Origin: Nitrospirota bacterium
GTDB lineage: Bacteria > Nitrospirota > UBA9217
Assembly: GCA_963663225.1 (NCBI GenBank)
Contig: OY760142.1
Coordinates: forward strand, 2,848,001 to 2,912,000
DNA: 64,000 nt
Direction: 5' to 3'
Under the pieces are notes generated by a model. That model searched no databases. It saw only the letters and a program-made list of their open reading frames with translations, and had not been told where the DNA came from. The position numbers and the translations under genes are program-made. Shown here piece after piece: positions 10,388-21,288 of the stretch; positions within the stretch are counted from its first letter, which is position 1; each line of letters opens with the position of its first letter.

Positions 10388-10771
10388 TTATCCCTTCCAG
10401 GCAATGAAATCTATTTCCACGCCAACATCCTTCGGAAGCCGTGATACTTCAACCGTAACACGGGCAGGCGGATCAGTCGGGAAATAACTGCCGTAGACCT
10501 CGTTCACAGATGAGAAATCAGACATGCTTTTAAGATAGATGGTGGTTCTAACTACTTGAGACATGCTGCTGCCGGCCGCAATAAGAATGGCCGTGGCATT
10601 TTCCATAATCTGTCCTGTTTGCAGTTTAATATCACCCGGCAGGATGCTGTTCGTTTTTGGGTCAATCGGTATCTGGCCAGAAACAAACACAAATCCTCCT
10701 GCCTCAACAGCTTGGGAATAAGGCCCGATTGCCTGGGGAGCATCAGAGGTTCTTATCACCGTCCTCCTCAA
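10388..10771 (-). CDS. ridA: RidA/YjgF enamine deaminase
   Basis: 'AIGPYSQAV', 'FVSGQIP', 'PPARVTVEVSRLP'; TTG start with GGAGG SD. Confidence 0.93.
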   Translation of the reverse strand: MRRTVIRTSDAPQAIGPYSQAVEAGGFVFVSGQIPIDPKTNSILPGDIKLQTGQIMENATAILIAAGSSMSQVVRTTIYLKSMSDFSSVNEVYGSYFPTDPPARVTVEVSRLPKDVGVEIDFIAWKG

Positions 10772-10870
10772 AGTTACCTCCAGCAAATTCTTGATTAATT
10801 AGATTATCTTATTGTTTTATTTAATATTTTACAATATAAAGTAAACCTTTAATATTTCCACGCTGTCGTT

Positions 10871-13018
10871 TTATCCTGACTTCACTCTTTTTACCTGCAT
10901 TACGCCGGAGATGGACTCTATGTTGCCGATAACTCTGTTTAGATGTTCAATATCGCTTACGTCTATAGTAAATAAAAGAAGTGCTTCCCTGTTTTCATTC
11001 ACGGTCACTTCAGCGTGGGTAATATTCGCCTCAGAGGCGCTTATGGACGAAGATACGCTGGCAAGAATGCCGGGACGATCCTCGGACCTTACCGCGATTT
11101 TCACGGCATGCGCGGACGGTTTAAAATCACCCCAGGACACGTCTACAAGTCGTTCCTTATCGAATGTAAGCTCTCCGATGTTAGGGCAGTCTGACGTGTG
11201 AATAGACACTCCCCTGCCCCTGGTAATAAATCCGATTACCTTGTCTCCTGGAACCGGATTACAGCATTTCGAAAGGTGAATCAGCATATTGTCCATGCCG
11301 CTGATTTTCATGCTGCCGCTTGAAATTTTTTGGGACCTGCCGGTTACTTTCCTGGGAAGCGGTTCAAGATGGACCTTCTCAGGCGCCAGCTTGTTTGCCA
11401 CCAGATGTGCCGACACCTTGCCGTACCCTATGGCAGCGAGAAGGTCGTCAAGCCCATTATGGGACATTTCATTGGCAATTTTAACGATATCATCAGATTT
11501 GAGAATTTTTGCCGGTTGCAAATCATGCTTGCGAAGATCTTTTTCGAGGAGTTCACGTCCGAGCAGGATGCTTCTCCGCCGTTCTTCAGCCTTGAGCCAT
11601 GCCTTAATTCGGGTGCGCGCTTTTGAGGTTTTTACAAACTTAAGCCAATCTCTGCTTGGAACATGTCCCGTCTGGGTCACAACCTCGATTTTATCACCGT
11701 TCTGCAGAACATGTTTAAGAGGCACAATTTTGCCGTTTACCTTGGCCCCCACGCATTGATGGCCAATGTCCGTATGGACACTGTAAGCAAAGTCCACCGG
11801 CGTTGATCCCTGCGGCAATTCTTTTACATCACCCCGCGGAGTAAAGACATAGACCACATCCGGAAACAGGTCGCCTTTTACCGTTTCCATAAACTCTCTG
11901 GCATCGGGCAGGTCACGCTGCCATTCTAAAAGCTGTCTGAGCCATGCAAATTGCTGCTCTTCTCGCTGGCTGATGGGAGAGCGTTCTTTGTAGCGCCAAT
12001 GAGCGGCAATACCTTCTTCTGCCAGCCGATGCATCTCTTCCGTGCGAATTTGAAACTCTACCCGCTCTCCTTTCGGGCCGATTACGGTGGTGTGAAGGGA
12101 TTGATAGAGATTGGACTTCGGCACGCCGATAAAATCCTTGAAACGTCCCGGTACAGGCGTCCAGAACGAGTGGATAAGGCCGAGGATGGCATAACAATTG
12201 ACCTTGGTATCCGTAATGATACGGATGGCAATCAGATCATAAACATCCTCAAACGATATCCCCTGCTTCTGCATTTTCGAGTAAATCCCGTAGAAGTGTT
12301 TGGGCCTGCCTTTTACCTCTCCCTTGTATTCATGCTCGGCAAGGCGTCGTTTTACCACTTCTATCAGCTCGTTGACGTATGCCTCCCGTTCAATGCGCCG
12401 CTTGGTAACTTTCTGGACGAGATCGTTGTATTCATCAGGGTAAAGATACTTGAAAGAGAGGTCTTCCAGCTCGATTTTAATTTTGGAAATACCGAGACGG
12501 TTGGCAAGAGGAGCATAAATATCAAGGGTTTCCTGGGCAATGCGTTTCTGCTTTTCCGGAGGAAGGAACTTGAGTGTGCGCATGTTGTGAAGCCGGTCGG
12601 CTAATTTTATCAGAATCACCCGGATGTCATTGGCCATAGCCACAATCATTTTGCGGAAATTCTCCGCCTCGCGCTGCTCGCGGCTCTGGAGTTCCATCCG
12701 GCTGAGTTTGGTCATGCCGTCCACAAGACCCGCGACTTCATCGCCGAACACTGATCGAACTTCTTCCGTTGTGGCGGATGTATCTTCAATGGTATCGTGC
12801 AGGAGACCCGCGGCAACGGTCACGGCATCGAGTTTTAAATCAGCAAGGATGGCAGCAACTTCTATAGGATGATTGAGGTAGGATTCGCCTGAAAGCCTGG
12901 TTTGGCCCTGATGTGCTCTTGCCGAAAAGATGTAGGCACGGCGCAGCAAATCAACATCCGTGTCTGGATGGTGATTCTGCAAGCGTTCAACAATATCTTC
13001 AAGACGAACTGCCGGCAT
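10871..13018 (-). CDS. rel: Bifunctional (p)ppGpp synthetase/hydrolase (RelA/SpoT homologue)
   Basis: HD hydrolase 'LLHDTIED', synthetase 'YQSLHT...EFQIRT', TGS, ZFD 'KCCNPVPGD', ACT. Confidence 0.97.
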   Translation of the reverse strand: MPAVRLEDIVERLQNHHPDTDVDLLRRAYIFSARAHQGQTRLSGESYLNHPIEVAAILADLKLDAVTVAAGLLHDTIEDTSATTEEVRSVFGDEVAGLVDGMTKLSRMELQSREQREAENFRKMIVAMANDIRVILIKLADRLHNMRTLKFLPPEKQKRIAQETLDIYAPLANRLGISKIKIELEDLSFKYLYPDEYNDLVQKVTKRRIEREAYVNELIEVVKRRLAEHEYKGEVKGRPKHFYGIYSKMQKQGISFEDVYDLIAIRIITDTKVNCYAILGLIHSFWTPVPGRFKDFIGVPKSNLYQSLHTTVIGPKGERVEFQIRTEEMHRLAEEGIAAHWRYKERSPISQREEQQFAWLRQLLEWQRDLPDAREFMETVKGDLFPDVVYVFTPRGDVKELPQGSTPVDFAYSVHTDIGHQCVGAKVNGKIVPLKHVLQNGDKIEVVTQTGHVPSRDWLKFVKTSKARTRIKAWLKAEERRRSILLGRELLEKDLRKHDLQPAKILKSDDIVKIANEMSHNGLDDLLAAIGYGKVSAHLVANKLAPEKVHLEPLPRKVTGRSQKISSGSMKISGMDNMLIHLSKCCNPVPGDKVIGFITRGRGVSIHTSDCPNIGELTFDKERLVDVSWGDFKPSAHAVKIAVRSEDRPGILASVSSSISASEANITHAEVTVNENREALLLFTIDVSDIEHLNRVIGNIESISGVMQVKRVKSG

Positions 13019-13163
13019 AGTACATACCTGAAAAAACTTTGCGGTTTAAAAAGGCCGATGTTGCAGCCGGAGAGCATGGATGTGCGACGCTGAGAATAGT
13101 TTATTACCAAACGTCGCGTTCCTCCCGATTGCACTGCACAAATGCAGCGCATCCCTAAGAAAA

Positions 13164-14918
13164 CTACTTTTCAGTCTTGATGTCCTTTATGTCCAGTTCC
13201 AGCGATGTTTTTCCATTCCAGACGTTCAGCCTTGGCGTAAAAACCGCAGCAAGCCGTGACCCGTTCCATACCTGTTTACCCAGAAGATCTCCCTGATTGA
13301 AGGCGATTGCTTCAAAAAATGCCCCTTGTTGTCGGAGCTTTAGTTTGAGATGATTGCTGCCGACTATTCTCGACGCAACCACCTCAAGGCCTCGAGCGCC
13401 AAGCCTCGCCTCCGGGTTCCCTTGTCCAAAAGGGGCCATCCGTTCAATTTGGCGTACCAGATCGCTATTGATCTCTTCGGGTGCCACTCCGGCGTCGACA
13501 AGCAATGTTCGGGTAAATCCTTGTGTCCCGACTTGTTTCAAAACAAGAGAGCCCAGCCGGTCGCGAAATTGAGGAATATTCTCTTTCGCTATAGTAAATC
13601 CAGCGGCAACTTTGTGGCCGCCGAAATTTATAAGCAAATCCGAACATGACACGAGGCCGGCATAGAGATCAAAACCGGGTATGCTCCGGGCAGATCCTTT
13701 ACCGACTCCGTCCTTCAAACAAATAAGCGCCGTCGGGCGGTAAAATTCTTCAACGATCCGTGAGGCAACAATGCCGATAACGCCCGGATGCCAATCCTCA
13801 GAGCACAGCACCAGCGCTCCTGTGGCATCAATATCCATCTGATGGCAAAGCCGGCGGGCGGCCTCCCTGATGTTCTCTTCAACAGACTGGCGCTCCCGAT
13901 TAATCCCGTCGAGGTCAGACGCAAGACTGAGCGCCTCCTCCGGAGAGTCCGTCGTAAGGAGACGAACCGACATGTCCGCCCGCTCTAGCCTGCCGCCGGC
14001 ATTCAGCCGAGGTGCAATGCTGAAGCCCACAGATCCCGTACTGATTTTTTTGCCATCAAGACCGGAAACACGCTTCAACGCTGCTATGCCCGGCCTCTGT
14101 TTTTCTGCACCGGACGACAGCAACTCCAATCCGTGTTTGACAAGGAGCCGATTTTCTCCCGTTATTTTTCCGACGTCTGCCACAGTACCGAGCGTTACAA
14201 GGTCAAGGTATGTCTGTAATTGAGCATCATCCGAGGTCGCTTCCAAAAGCCCCTGCGCCAGTTTAAATGCGACACCCACGCCGGTAAGGCATCCAACCTG
14301 CTCCCGAATTTCCGGAGTGACCCCATCATCCAGCAGCGACGGGTGCAAAACAGCATATGCTTCAGGAAAAACAGGTGCTTGAGAATTGCCGCAACCGCTT
14401 CCGTCGTCCTGGTTTTTAAATTCATGATGATCAGTGATAATAAGGTCGATTCCCAGGGAACGGGCAGCCTCAGCTTCGCGGCTGGCAGTAATACCGCAGT
14501 CCACCGAGATAACAAGTTTTGTCCCTGTGGATTGAATCATTTTCAGGGCACGGGCATTTAGCCCATAGCCTTCAGCCAATCTGTCGGGGATATACCATGC
14601 CGCCTGAGCACCCAAAGCTCTGAGGACAAGGAACAACAGCGATGTGCCGGTCACACCGTCTACATCATAATCGCCGTAAACCGTTATCTTTTCCCTGGTG
14701 TCTATGGCCTTTCGTATGCGGTTTACAGCTTTTGGCATCTGGCTGAAAACGCCAGGGCTGGATAATGTCGAAAAATCACACGCCAGAAAAGCCTGGACAG
14801 CAGCCGGCTCTGTAATTCCGCGATTAACCATCAATCTGGCGATAAGCGGATGCAGACCGGCTTTATCTGAAAGTGCCGCTGCAACAGCATCATCAGATTG
14901 TGCGAGAACCCATTTCAT
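13164..14918 (-). CDS. recJ: ssDNA exonuclease RecJ
   Basis: DHH motifs 'GDYDVDG', 'VDCG', 'TDHH', 'GTVADV', 'GSARS', 'GGH'. Confidence 0.96.
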   Translation of the reverse strand: MKWVLAQSDDAVAAALSDKAGLHPLIARLMVNRGITEPAAVQAFLACDFSTLSSPGVFSQMPKAVNRIRKAIDTREKITVYGDYDVDGVTGTSLLFLVLRALGAQAAWYIPDRLAEGYGLNARALKMIQSTGTKLVISVDCGITASREAEAARSLGIDLIITDHHEFKNQDDGSGCGNSQAPVFPEAYAVLHPSLLDDGVTPEIREQVGCLTGVGVAFKLAQGLLEATSDDAQLQTYLDLVTLGTVADVGKITGENRLLVKHGLELLSSGAEKQRPGIAALKRVSGLDGKKISTGSVGFSIAPRLNAGGRLERADMSVRLLTTDSPEEALSLASDLDGINRERQSVEENIREAARRLCHQMDIDATGALVLCSEDWHPGVIGIVASRIVEEFYRPTALICLKDGVGKGSARSIPGFDLYAGLVSCSDLLINFGGHKVAAGFTIAKENIPQFRDRLGSLVLKQVGTQGFTRTLLVDAGVAPEEINSDLVRQIERMAPFGQGNPEARLGARGLEVVASRIVGSNHLKLKLRQQGAFFEAIAFNQGDLLGKQVWNGSRLAAVFTPRLNVWNGKTSLELDIKDIKTEK

Positions 14919-14937
14919 ACGCTCCCGCCTGCTCTGC

Positions 14938-15135
14938 CTATCCCTTGCCCTCTTTGCTCTCTTTTTTCCCGGCGTCTTTGCTTATCTCTTCTTGTGAATC
15001 GGAAGAAATACCTTTTTTAAACCCTCTAATTGCCTTTCCCAGCCCTTCTCCCAGCTGCGGCAATCGGCTTGCTCCGAAAATAACTATAACAATCACTAAA
15101 ATAACTAATAACTCCGGCATTCCAAGTCCAAACAT
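14938..15135 (-). CDS. tatA: Twin-arginine translocase TatA/E
   Basis: '[41 protein letters not shown]'. Confidence 0.95.
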   Translation of the reverse strand: MFGLGMPELLVILVIVIVIFGASRLPQLGEGLGKAIRGFKKGISSDSQEEISKDAGKKESKEGKG

Positions 15136-15698
15136 GCTTCCTCCCTATACTCTTGTGGTGTATTAAGATTTTTGAGCGACCGTCTTCGCGGATCAAAACG
15201 GTCTATCTCTCTTTCTGACACATAACGGACTCGAACATCTTTAAAGACCGTTTTTATCTGCCTCGCATCCTGTTGCAGATGATTTTCAATAATCGGGATC
15301 AGTCTCCTGTTATACACTGCATGCAGTGGCTCCACAAAATCATCAATCCTCGGCAAAACCACATCATACCCTTCCGACAACCCTGCCATATAGGAAAGAA
15401 GCTGTGAATTCAAAAAAGGCATGTCACAGGCAACTACGAAATTATACTCATCCTGAGAATGCAACAATCCCGTATATATCCCGGTCAAGGGACCACGCTT
15501 GTCGGAGACATCCCTAATCACAGAAGCATCATAAGAAGCATACAGCCGGGGTGAATTCGTTACGATGATGACACGGTCCGCGATACTTCTGAGTGCAGCC
15601 AATACATGTTCAATCATGGGGATACCGGCAATCTTAAGAAACGCCTTGTCCTTGCCCATGCGCCTGTTTTCCCCACCGGAAAGCACTATGCCCGTCAT
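15105..15698 (-). CDS. mobA: Molybdenum cofactor guanylyltransferase
   Basis: '[14 protein letters not shown]', 'GPLTGI', 'ACDMPF', 'EPLHAVY', 'NLNTP'. Confidence 0.9.
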   Translation of the reverse strand: MTGIVLSGGENRRMGKDKAFLKIAGIPMIEHVLAALRSIADRVIIVTNSPRLYASYDASVIRDVSDKRGPLTGIYTGLLHSQDEYNFVVACDMPFLNSQLLSYMAGLSEGYDVVLPRIDDFVEPLHAVYNRRLIPIIENHLQQDARQIKTVFKDVRVRYVSEREIDRFDPRRRSLKNLNTPQEYREEACLDLECRSY

Positions 15699-15839
15699 AT
15701 TTAAAAGTACAGCATTTAATGCGGAGTGTCAACTGAGAACTTGGTAACTCTCTGTTTGCCGGACGCTGCCTGTTTCGGAAACGGTTCAGAAACGGTTTTT
15801 TGCTTGAATTAACGGCTAATTTATACTAAGATTACAAAC

Positions 15840-16094
15840 ATGGAAGAAAGAATAGGGTCCGTCATCAAGTTTTTTGATAAAACAGCCATCGCTGCAGTCA
15901 AGCTGGACTTTGGTGACCTTGCCATCGGCGATACAATTCGTATTAAAGGACCGAATACAGACTTCACGCAAAAGGTTGAAATTTTAGAATTTGACCATAA
16001 ACCGGTTCAAAAAGCGCTGCGCGGCCACTTTGCGGGCGTCAAGCTTTCCCAATCTGTAAAACCATTTGATCTTTTATTCAGAATCATTGGATAG
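15840..16094 (+). CDS. Small translation-elongation-factor-like beta-barrel protein
   Basis: 'IGSVIKFFDK..IAAVKL...LAIGDTIRIKGPNTDFTQKV' resembles EF-Tu domain II / U32 peptidase C-terminal barrel proteins. Confidence 0.65.
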   Translation: MEERIGSVIKFFDKTAIAAVKLDFGDLAIGDTIRIKGPNTDFTQKVEILEFDHKPVQKALRGHFAGVKLSQSVKPFDLLFRIIG

Positions 16095-16103
16095 CTCCCT
16101 CCG

Positions 16104-17081
16104 ATGCTCACCTATATCATTAAACGCCTTCTCCTGATGATCCCTATTCTCCTTGGTATTACCGTGCTGAGCTTCGGCGTTATGCGCCTGGCTCCAGGCG
16201 GTCCTGCCGAAGCTCAGATGGAGTTCTCATCGAAAGCCTCTCCTGAGGCCCGTGAAAGACTCAGAAAACTTTACGGAGCCGACCAGCCTTTTTACAAGCA
16301 ATATGCGACCTGGCTTAAGAAATTTGTAACTCTGGATTTTGGGGAAGCTTTTGCAGATGGCCGCAAAGTAAAAGACAAAATACTCGAATGCCTCCCCATC
16401 ACGCTCACAATCAACATTTTATCTCTCGGACTGGTTCTTTTGATTGCCATTCCCATCGGCATCATATCGGCAACGCAACAGTATTCGTTTTTTGACCGAG
16501 CAACAACAATCTTTGTTTTTCTCGGTTTTTCAACGCCATCATTCTGGCTTGCGTTGTTACTTATCTATTTGTTCGGCGTACAGTGGGGTTTGCTTCCCAT
16601 ATCGGGCATACATAGCCTGGATGTCGGAAATCTGAATAAATGGAGCTGGGGGTGGTTTATGGATACAGCTCAACACTTGATCCTGCCGGTGTTTGTTTCT
16701 GCCTTTGGCGGTCTGGCTGCTTTTTCGCGATATGTTAGAAATAATATGCTTGAGGTCATGCGACAGGATTATATTCGTACGGCCCGTGCAAAAGGGCTCT
16801 CGGAAAACGAGGTAATTTGTAAGCATGCACTCAGAAACGCCCTGATGCCGGTGATTACCATATTGGGCCTTGCGGTCCCCGGTATAATTGGCGGCAGTGT
16901 AATCATGGAAACTGTTTTTAGCATCCCAGGAATGGGACAACTTTTGTACCAATCGGTATTTTCAAGAGATTATAATCTGACAATGGGCATTCTCGTGCCG
17001 GCGGCGTGCCTTACCATGCTCGGCAACTTTTTTGCCGATATCGCGTACGCATTCACCGATCCGAGAGTAAGACTTCATTAA
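16104..17081 (+). CDS. Peptide/nickel ABC permease (OppB/DppB-like)
   Basis: 'YIIKRLL...APGGP'; EAA-loop '[14 protein letters not shown]'. Confidence 0.93.
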   Translation: MLTYIIKRLLLMIPILLGITVLSFGVMRLAPGGPAEAQMEFSSKASPEARERLRKLYGADQPFYKQYATWLKKFVTLDFGEAFADGRKVKDKILECLPITLTINILSLGLVLLIAIPIGIISATQQYSFFDRATTIFVFLGFSTPSFWLALLLIYLFGVQWGLLPISGIHSLDVGNLNKWSWGWFMDTAQHLILPVFVSAFGGLAAFSRYVRNNMLEVMRQDYIRTARAKGLSENEVICKHALRNALMPVITILGLAVPGIIGGSVIMETVFSIPGMGQLLYQSVFSRDYNLTMGILVPAACLTMLGNFFADIAYAFTDPRVRLH

Positions 17082-17117
17082 GCTCTCTAAAAAAACAGGG
17101 TTTTAAGAGATATAATT

Positions 17118-17960
17118 ATGAAACTGACTACATCCAGAATCATCCAGCATTTGACAAAAAACAAGCTCGCCGTTATAGGCGGGACGCTGGTTTTGCTTGT
17201 TTTTGTTCTTTCTATTTTTGCTCCTCTGGTAGCACCTTACAGCCCTGCCGCTATTGACATCAAAAATATTCTTGCGGAGCCTTCATTTCTACATCCGCTG
17301 GGAACCGACGAACTGGGGAGAGACGTCCTGTCCCGCATGCTCTGGGGAGGAAGAATTTCTCTTGAAGTCGGTTTTGTGGCCGTCGGCATCGCCACGATTA
17401 TCGGTATTATTCTCGGCGCGATCTCAGGTTATTATGGTGGTTATATTGACAGTATCATCATGCGGGCAGTTGATATCATGCTGAGCATTCCTACAATTTT
17501 TCTGGTGCTCGCAGTAATTGCCATTCTCGAACCAAGCATTTTAAACATCATGATCGTAATAGGGCTTACAAGCTGGATGGAACCGGCCCGGCTCATCCGT
17601 GCAGAATTTATATCGCTGAAGGAACGCGAGTTTGTGATCGCTGCTCAGGCCATGGGCGCCGTAGATGCACGTATTATTATAAAGCATGTTCTGCCGAACG
17701 GGTTTTCACCGATCCTTGTATCTGCAACAATGGGGATCGGTGGTGCGGTCCTCATTGAGTCAGCCCTCAGTTTTCTCGGTATTGGCGTCCAGCCTCCCAC
17801 GCCAAGCTGGGGCAGCCTGCTCTCTTCAGGCAAGGACAATATAGAAATAGCCTGGTGGCTTTCTGCTTTTCCCGGCCTTGCGATTCTCATGACGGTTCTT
17901 GGGTATAATCTTTTGGGTGAAGGCATTCGCGATGCTCTTGATCCGCGCCAGCAGGTGTAA
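17118..17960 (+). CDS. Peptide/nickel ABC permease (OppC/DppC-like)
   Basis: 'HPLGTDELGRDVLSR', 'EFVIAAQAMGA', 'GEGIRDALDP'. Confidence 0.93.
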   Translation: MKLTTSRIIQHLTKNKLAVIGGTLVLLVFVLSIFAPLVAPYSPAAIDIKNILAEPSFLHPLGTDELGRDVLSRMLWGGRISLEVGFVAVGIATIIGIILGAISGYYGGYIDSIIMRAVDIMLSIPTIFLVLAVIAILEPSILNIMIVIGLTSWMEPARLIRAEFISLKEREFVIAAQAMGAVDARIIIKHVLPNGFSPILVSATMGIGGAVLIESALSFLGIGVQPPTPSWGSLLSSGKDNIEIAWWLSAFPGLAILMTVLGYNLLGEGIRDALDPRQQV

Positions 17961-18008
17961 TAATTATTATTATTTAAAAAACCCTATACTTCCGGAAAGT
18001 GAGAGAAA

Positions 18009-18374
18009 ATGCACAAATCTAGCGTTGATATAGAAAAGCTTCTTGATGAAATCCCTATAGCTTTAACGTATACAGACAAGCAAGGCATTATCCTTTATCG
18101 TAATCGAATTGCAGCTGCAAGACCTTCCCCAGGCCCAAGGAACGTGGGCATCAATATCAAAGATTGCCATGCTCTGCCGGAGAGCAAACAAAAGATTGAT
18201 CAGATTTTTGATGATTTTGTTAAGGGCCGGCGGGAACCACACTATTATGTATCGCAAAGAACAGGAATCGAGGAACTGGTAACGCTGATTCCGGTTTTTA
18301 CAGAAGACCGGTTTGCGGGGTGTTTACAGGTCATACATCCGCTTGAAATAAAGGGAAAGAAAAGAACTTTTTAA
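18009..18374 (+). CDS. Stand-alone PAS-domain protein
   Basis: 'LLDEIPIALTYTDKQGIILYRN' PAS start; 'G.NIKDCH' motif. Confidence 0.7.
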   Translation: MHKSSVDIEKLLDEIPIALTYTDKQGIILYRNRIAAARPSPGPRNVGINIKDCHALPESKQKIDQIFDDFVKGRREPHYYVSQRTGIEELVTLIPVFTEDRFAGCLQVIHPLEIKGKKRTF

Positions 18375-18430
18375 ATGCACTTAAACTGAAGCTGTACACA
18401 TTTCTGCTTATCAATACAAAGTACGTTTCT

Positions 18431-19474
18431 TTATTGTTCTTTGCCCGACTTTTTTTGCTTGTTTGCAGTCATCCTATTCGATTTATATCTGCCGATAGCC
18501 TTTTCGTGTTCTCCAAAATCTTTTGAAAAATAATGGCTGCCGTCACCCTGGGCTACAAAAAAAAGATAGTCTACTTTTTCAGGATACAGCGCAGCTAGAA
18601 TTGCGCCCTGGCCGGGGTTTGCGATCGGCCCGGGGGGCAGACCTTTATGAAGGTAGGTATTATAGGGAGATTGACGCTTCAGGTCTTCTTTTGTCACTTT
18701 CGTGATCCACGCTTTTGTTCCATATACGGCAGTAGGATCGGCCTGCAGTTTCATTTTTTTCTTCAGTCTGTTTAAATAGACTGCAGCAACCAGCTTTCGC
18801 TCAGCGGAAATTTTTGCTTCTTTCTCGACAATAGAAGCCAAAGTAACAATCTGATGTTCGGTAAAACCCATTTCTTTTGCCCTGTTGCGATAGCTGTCAA
18901 CAAAAACCGCTTTATAGCGTTGCACCATCCTTTTCGGAATATCTTCCAATTTGATTCCCTTCGGAAGATAATACGTATCAGGAAAAAGATATCCTTCCAG
19001 AGTGTCCGCATCAATACCCAACGAGCGTACATATTCTTTATTTTTTACCAGATTGATGAATTTATTCGGGTCGGAAATAAGCGGGGTATTGGAAAGCGTC
19101 CAACCGATTTGATACAGATTATATCCTTCCGGCACTACTACTTGATATTCGATAATCTTGCCGTTACGCAGGGCATCAAGAACATCCCACATACTCATGT
19201 TCGTGTTGAGCCCGTAATAGCCAAAGCGAACTTTGCGGCTGATGCCTTCGAGTCTGCCGAGGATTTCAAAATAACTGCGGTATCGTATGATCCCTTCATT
19301 CTGCAACGTGGCTGCAATGGTTTTAAAACTCATGCCTTCGGTTACTTCGATTTCTTTCCATATGCGTTCCTTGGACGGCGGGACAAAGAATGCAAGGTAC
19401 AAATGAATGGTCAGAATAAGTATTGCCGTTGCGAAAAGAAAAGAAATCCATAAGTTTTTTTTGATATGACGCAT
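18431..19474 (-). CDS. mltG: Endolytic transglycosylase MltG
   Basis: 'LEGYLFPDTY', 'LASIVEKE', 'LQADPT', 'SPYNTY...GLPPGPIANPG'. Confidence 0.96.
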   Translation of the reverse strand: MRHIKKNLWISFLFATAILILTIHLYLAFFVPPSKERIWKEIEVTEGMSFKTIAATLQNEGIIRYRSYFEILGRLEGISRKVRFGYYGLNTNMSMWDVLDALRNGKIIEYQVVVPEGYNLYQIGWTLSNTPLISDPNKFINLVKNKEYVRSLGIDADTLEGYLFPDTYYLPKGIKLEDIPKRMVQRYKAVFVDSYRNRAKEMGFTEHQIVTLASIVEKEAKISAERKLVAAVYLNRLKKKMKLQADPTAVYGTKAWITKVTKEDLKRQSPYNTYLHKGLPPGPIANPGQGAILAALYPEKVDYLFFVAQGDGSHYFSKDFGEHEKAIGRYKSNRMTANKQKKSGKEQ

Positions 19475-19559
19475 CTTATCCTCTCGCGCTGAACGTGTTG
19501 TAGTGGTGGAGCAGTATTGTATTTGCCAATCTCTTTTTCCCGGATTGCATCAAAAAAAA

Positions 19560-21269
19560 TCAGAGCTGACCGGACCTCAGGATACCGATCAATATCCAAA
19601 GTCCCAAGAATGCGGCAAGGACATATCCGATAAGACCAAACACCGGCAAACCGAAAAGCATCGGTCCCTGGGCTGAATGAATAATGATGGAGGACGCAAT
19701 GATGATGGCGGCCGTAATCACACTGAAGGCAAGACGGTTGCTCGATTTGTCAATATCCCTGATTAAATAATGGAGATCTTCGTGATGGATATTGATGCGA
19801 ATTTCACCATGTGTGATTTTTCGGACGATCATGCGTATCTGTTTCGGCAAAAGCGCAACAGCATCGGCAAGGCCCGTTATATCTTTTTTAATTTTTTTCA
19901 GCGCGTGAAGCGGGCTTTGTTTCAGACCTATCAATTCAGCGACATACGGTTTTGCAGATTCATAATAATTAAAGTCAGGATCGAGTTGTCTGAGTATGCC
20001 TTCCAGAGTAATAAGCGCCTTGTCCATAAGATACAAGTTGGAAGGCAGTTTCAGCCGGTGACGTACAAGAATATGCGTAATACGATCCACATAGGCGCTA
20101 AAATCGATTTGTTTTGCCTGCATAATGTAATACGGCTCTAGAAACTCGACCAGATCTTCCTTCATTTCCCGTTGAAATTTTTCAATGTCGATGGATTCAT
20201 CGGAAAGAAAACCCATGTCGACATACCTGCTCACCAGGGTATCATAATCATGATTTGCCAGCGCGAGGAAAATCGTGGCAAAATGCTCTTTATTTTCTTC
20301 GGAAATCCTGCCCATAATACCAAAATCAACGAGCCCGAGCCTCCCGTCTGAAAGAACGAACAAATTGCCCGGATGAGGATCAGCATGAAAAAAACCGTCC
20401 TGTAAGACCATTTTGAAAAAAGCCGCACCGCCTTTTCGGGCAATTTCCCTGCGGTCATGTCCTGCGCGTTCGAGCTTGTCGAAATCGTTGATCCTGATGC
20501 CGTCTATTTTTTCCAGAACAAGTATGCGTTTGCTGGAAATTTCCAAATACACTTTGGGAACATGTAGAATTGAGCTTTGTTCAAAATTTTTTCGCAATTG
20601 CACGGCGTTGGACGCTTCGACAAAAAAATCAAGTTCCCGTCTGATGGTATGTGCAAATTCTTCAACAATTCCGGGAATATTATACGGGCGCAATTCAGGG
20701 ACGCGAGTATCAATAAGATGCGCAAGCCAGCGCATGAGACCGATGTCACGGTCGATTATCCGGATAATGTGCGGGCGCTGGACTTTGACCATCACTTCGT
20801 TTCCGTCCAGAAGGGTTGCACGATGGACCTGGGCGATGGACGCGGCAGCAACCGGGATATCATCGAAAGAGAGAAATATTTTTTCCAGAGGTAGTTTCAA
20901 TTCATCTTCGACGATTTTTTTTGCCTCTGAAACCGGAAAAGGCGCGACAGAGTCCGTCAGTTTTAGCAACTCACGGGAATACTCAAGGGGCAGCATATCG
21001 GGACGGCAGGCCAGAACTTGTCCGAATTTTATGAAGGTGGGCCCCAAATCCTCGAACATCATGCGAAGACGTTCGGGTGCCCCAATGCGGTGGAGATGAG
21101 AAAGAGATGGCTCTTGAACTGTAGTGAGACGTTTTCTCAGGGAGAAAAAACGCTGTAATCCCATCTGCTCAACCAGATGGTCAAAACCATGCCGGGACGC
21201 CACAGCGATAATACGCCCTATTCTGGGGAGATCTCTGAAATATCTTCTCCTGAAACTGAAAAGAGACAT
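19560..21269 (-). CDS. AarF/ABC1/UbiB-family kinase-like protein
   Basis: 'LGPTFIKFGQ', 'AAASIAQVH', 'VKVQRP', 'HADPHPGN', 'DFG'; two C-terminal TM helices. Confidence 0.93.
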   Translation of the reverse strand: MSLFSFRRRYFRDLPRIGRIIAVASRHGFDHLVEQMGLQRFFSLRKRLTTVQEPSLSHLHRIGAPERLRMMFEDLGPTFIKFGQVLACRPDMLPLEYSRELLKLTDSVAPFPVSEAKKIVEDELKLPLEKIFLSFDDIPVAAASIAQVHRATLLDGNEVMVKVQRPHIIRIIDRDIGLMRWLAHLIDTRVPELRPYNIPGIVEEFAHTIRRELDFFVEASNAVQLRKNFEQSSILHVPKVYLEISSKRILVLEKIDGIRINDFDKLERAGHDRREIARKGGAAFFKMVLQDGFFHADPHPGNLFVLSDGRLGLVDFGIMGRISEENKEHFATIFLALANHDYDTLVSRYVDMGFLSDESIDIEKFQREMKEDLVEFLEPYYIMQAKQIDFSAYVDRITHILVRHRLKLPSNLYLMDKALITLEGILRQLDPDFNYYESAKPYVAELIGLKQSPLHALKKIKKDITGLADAVALLPKQIRMIVRKITHGEIRINIHHEDLHYLIRDIDKSSNRLAFSVITAAIIIASSIIIHSAQGPMLFGLPVFGLIGYVLAAFLGLWILIGILRSGQL

Positions 21270-21288
21270 GGGTGTCCTTGGGCAAAAG

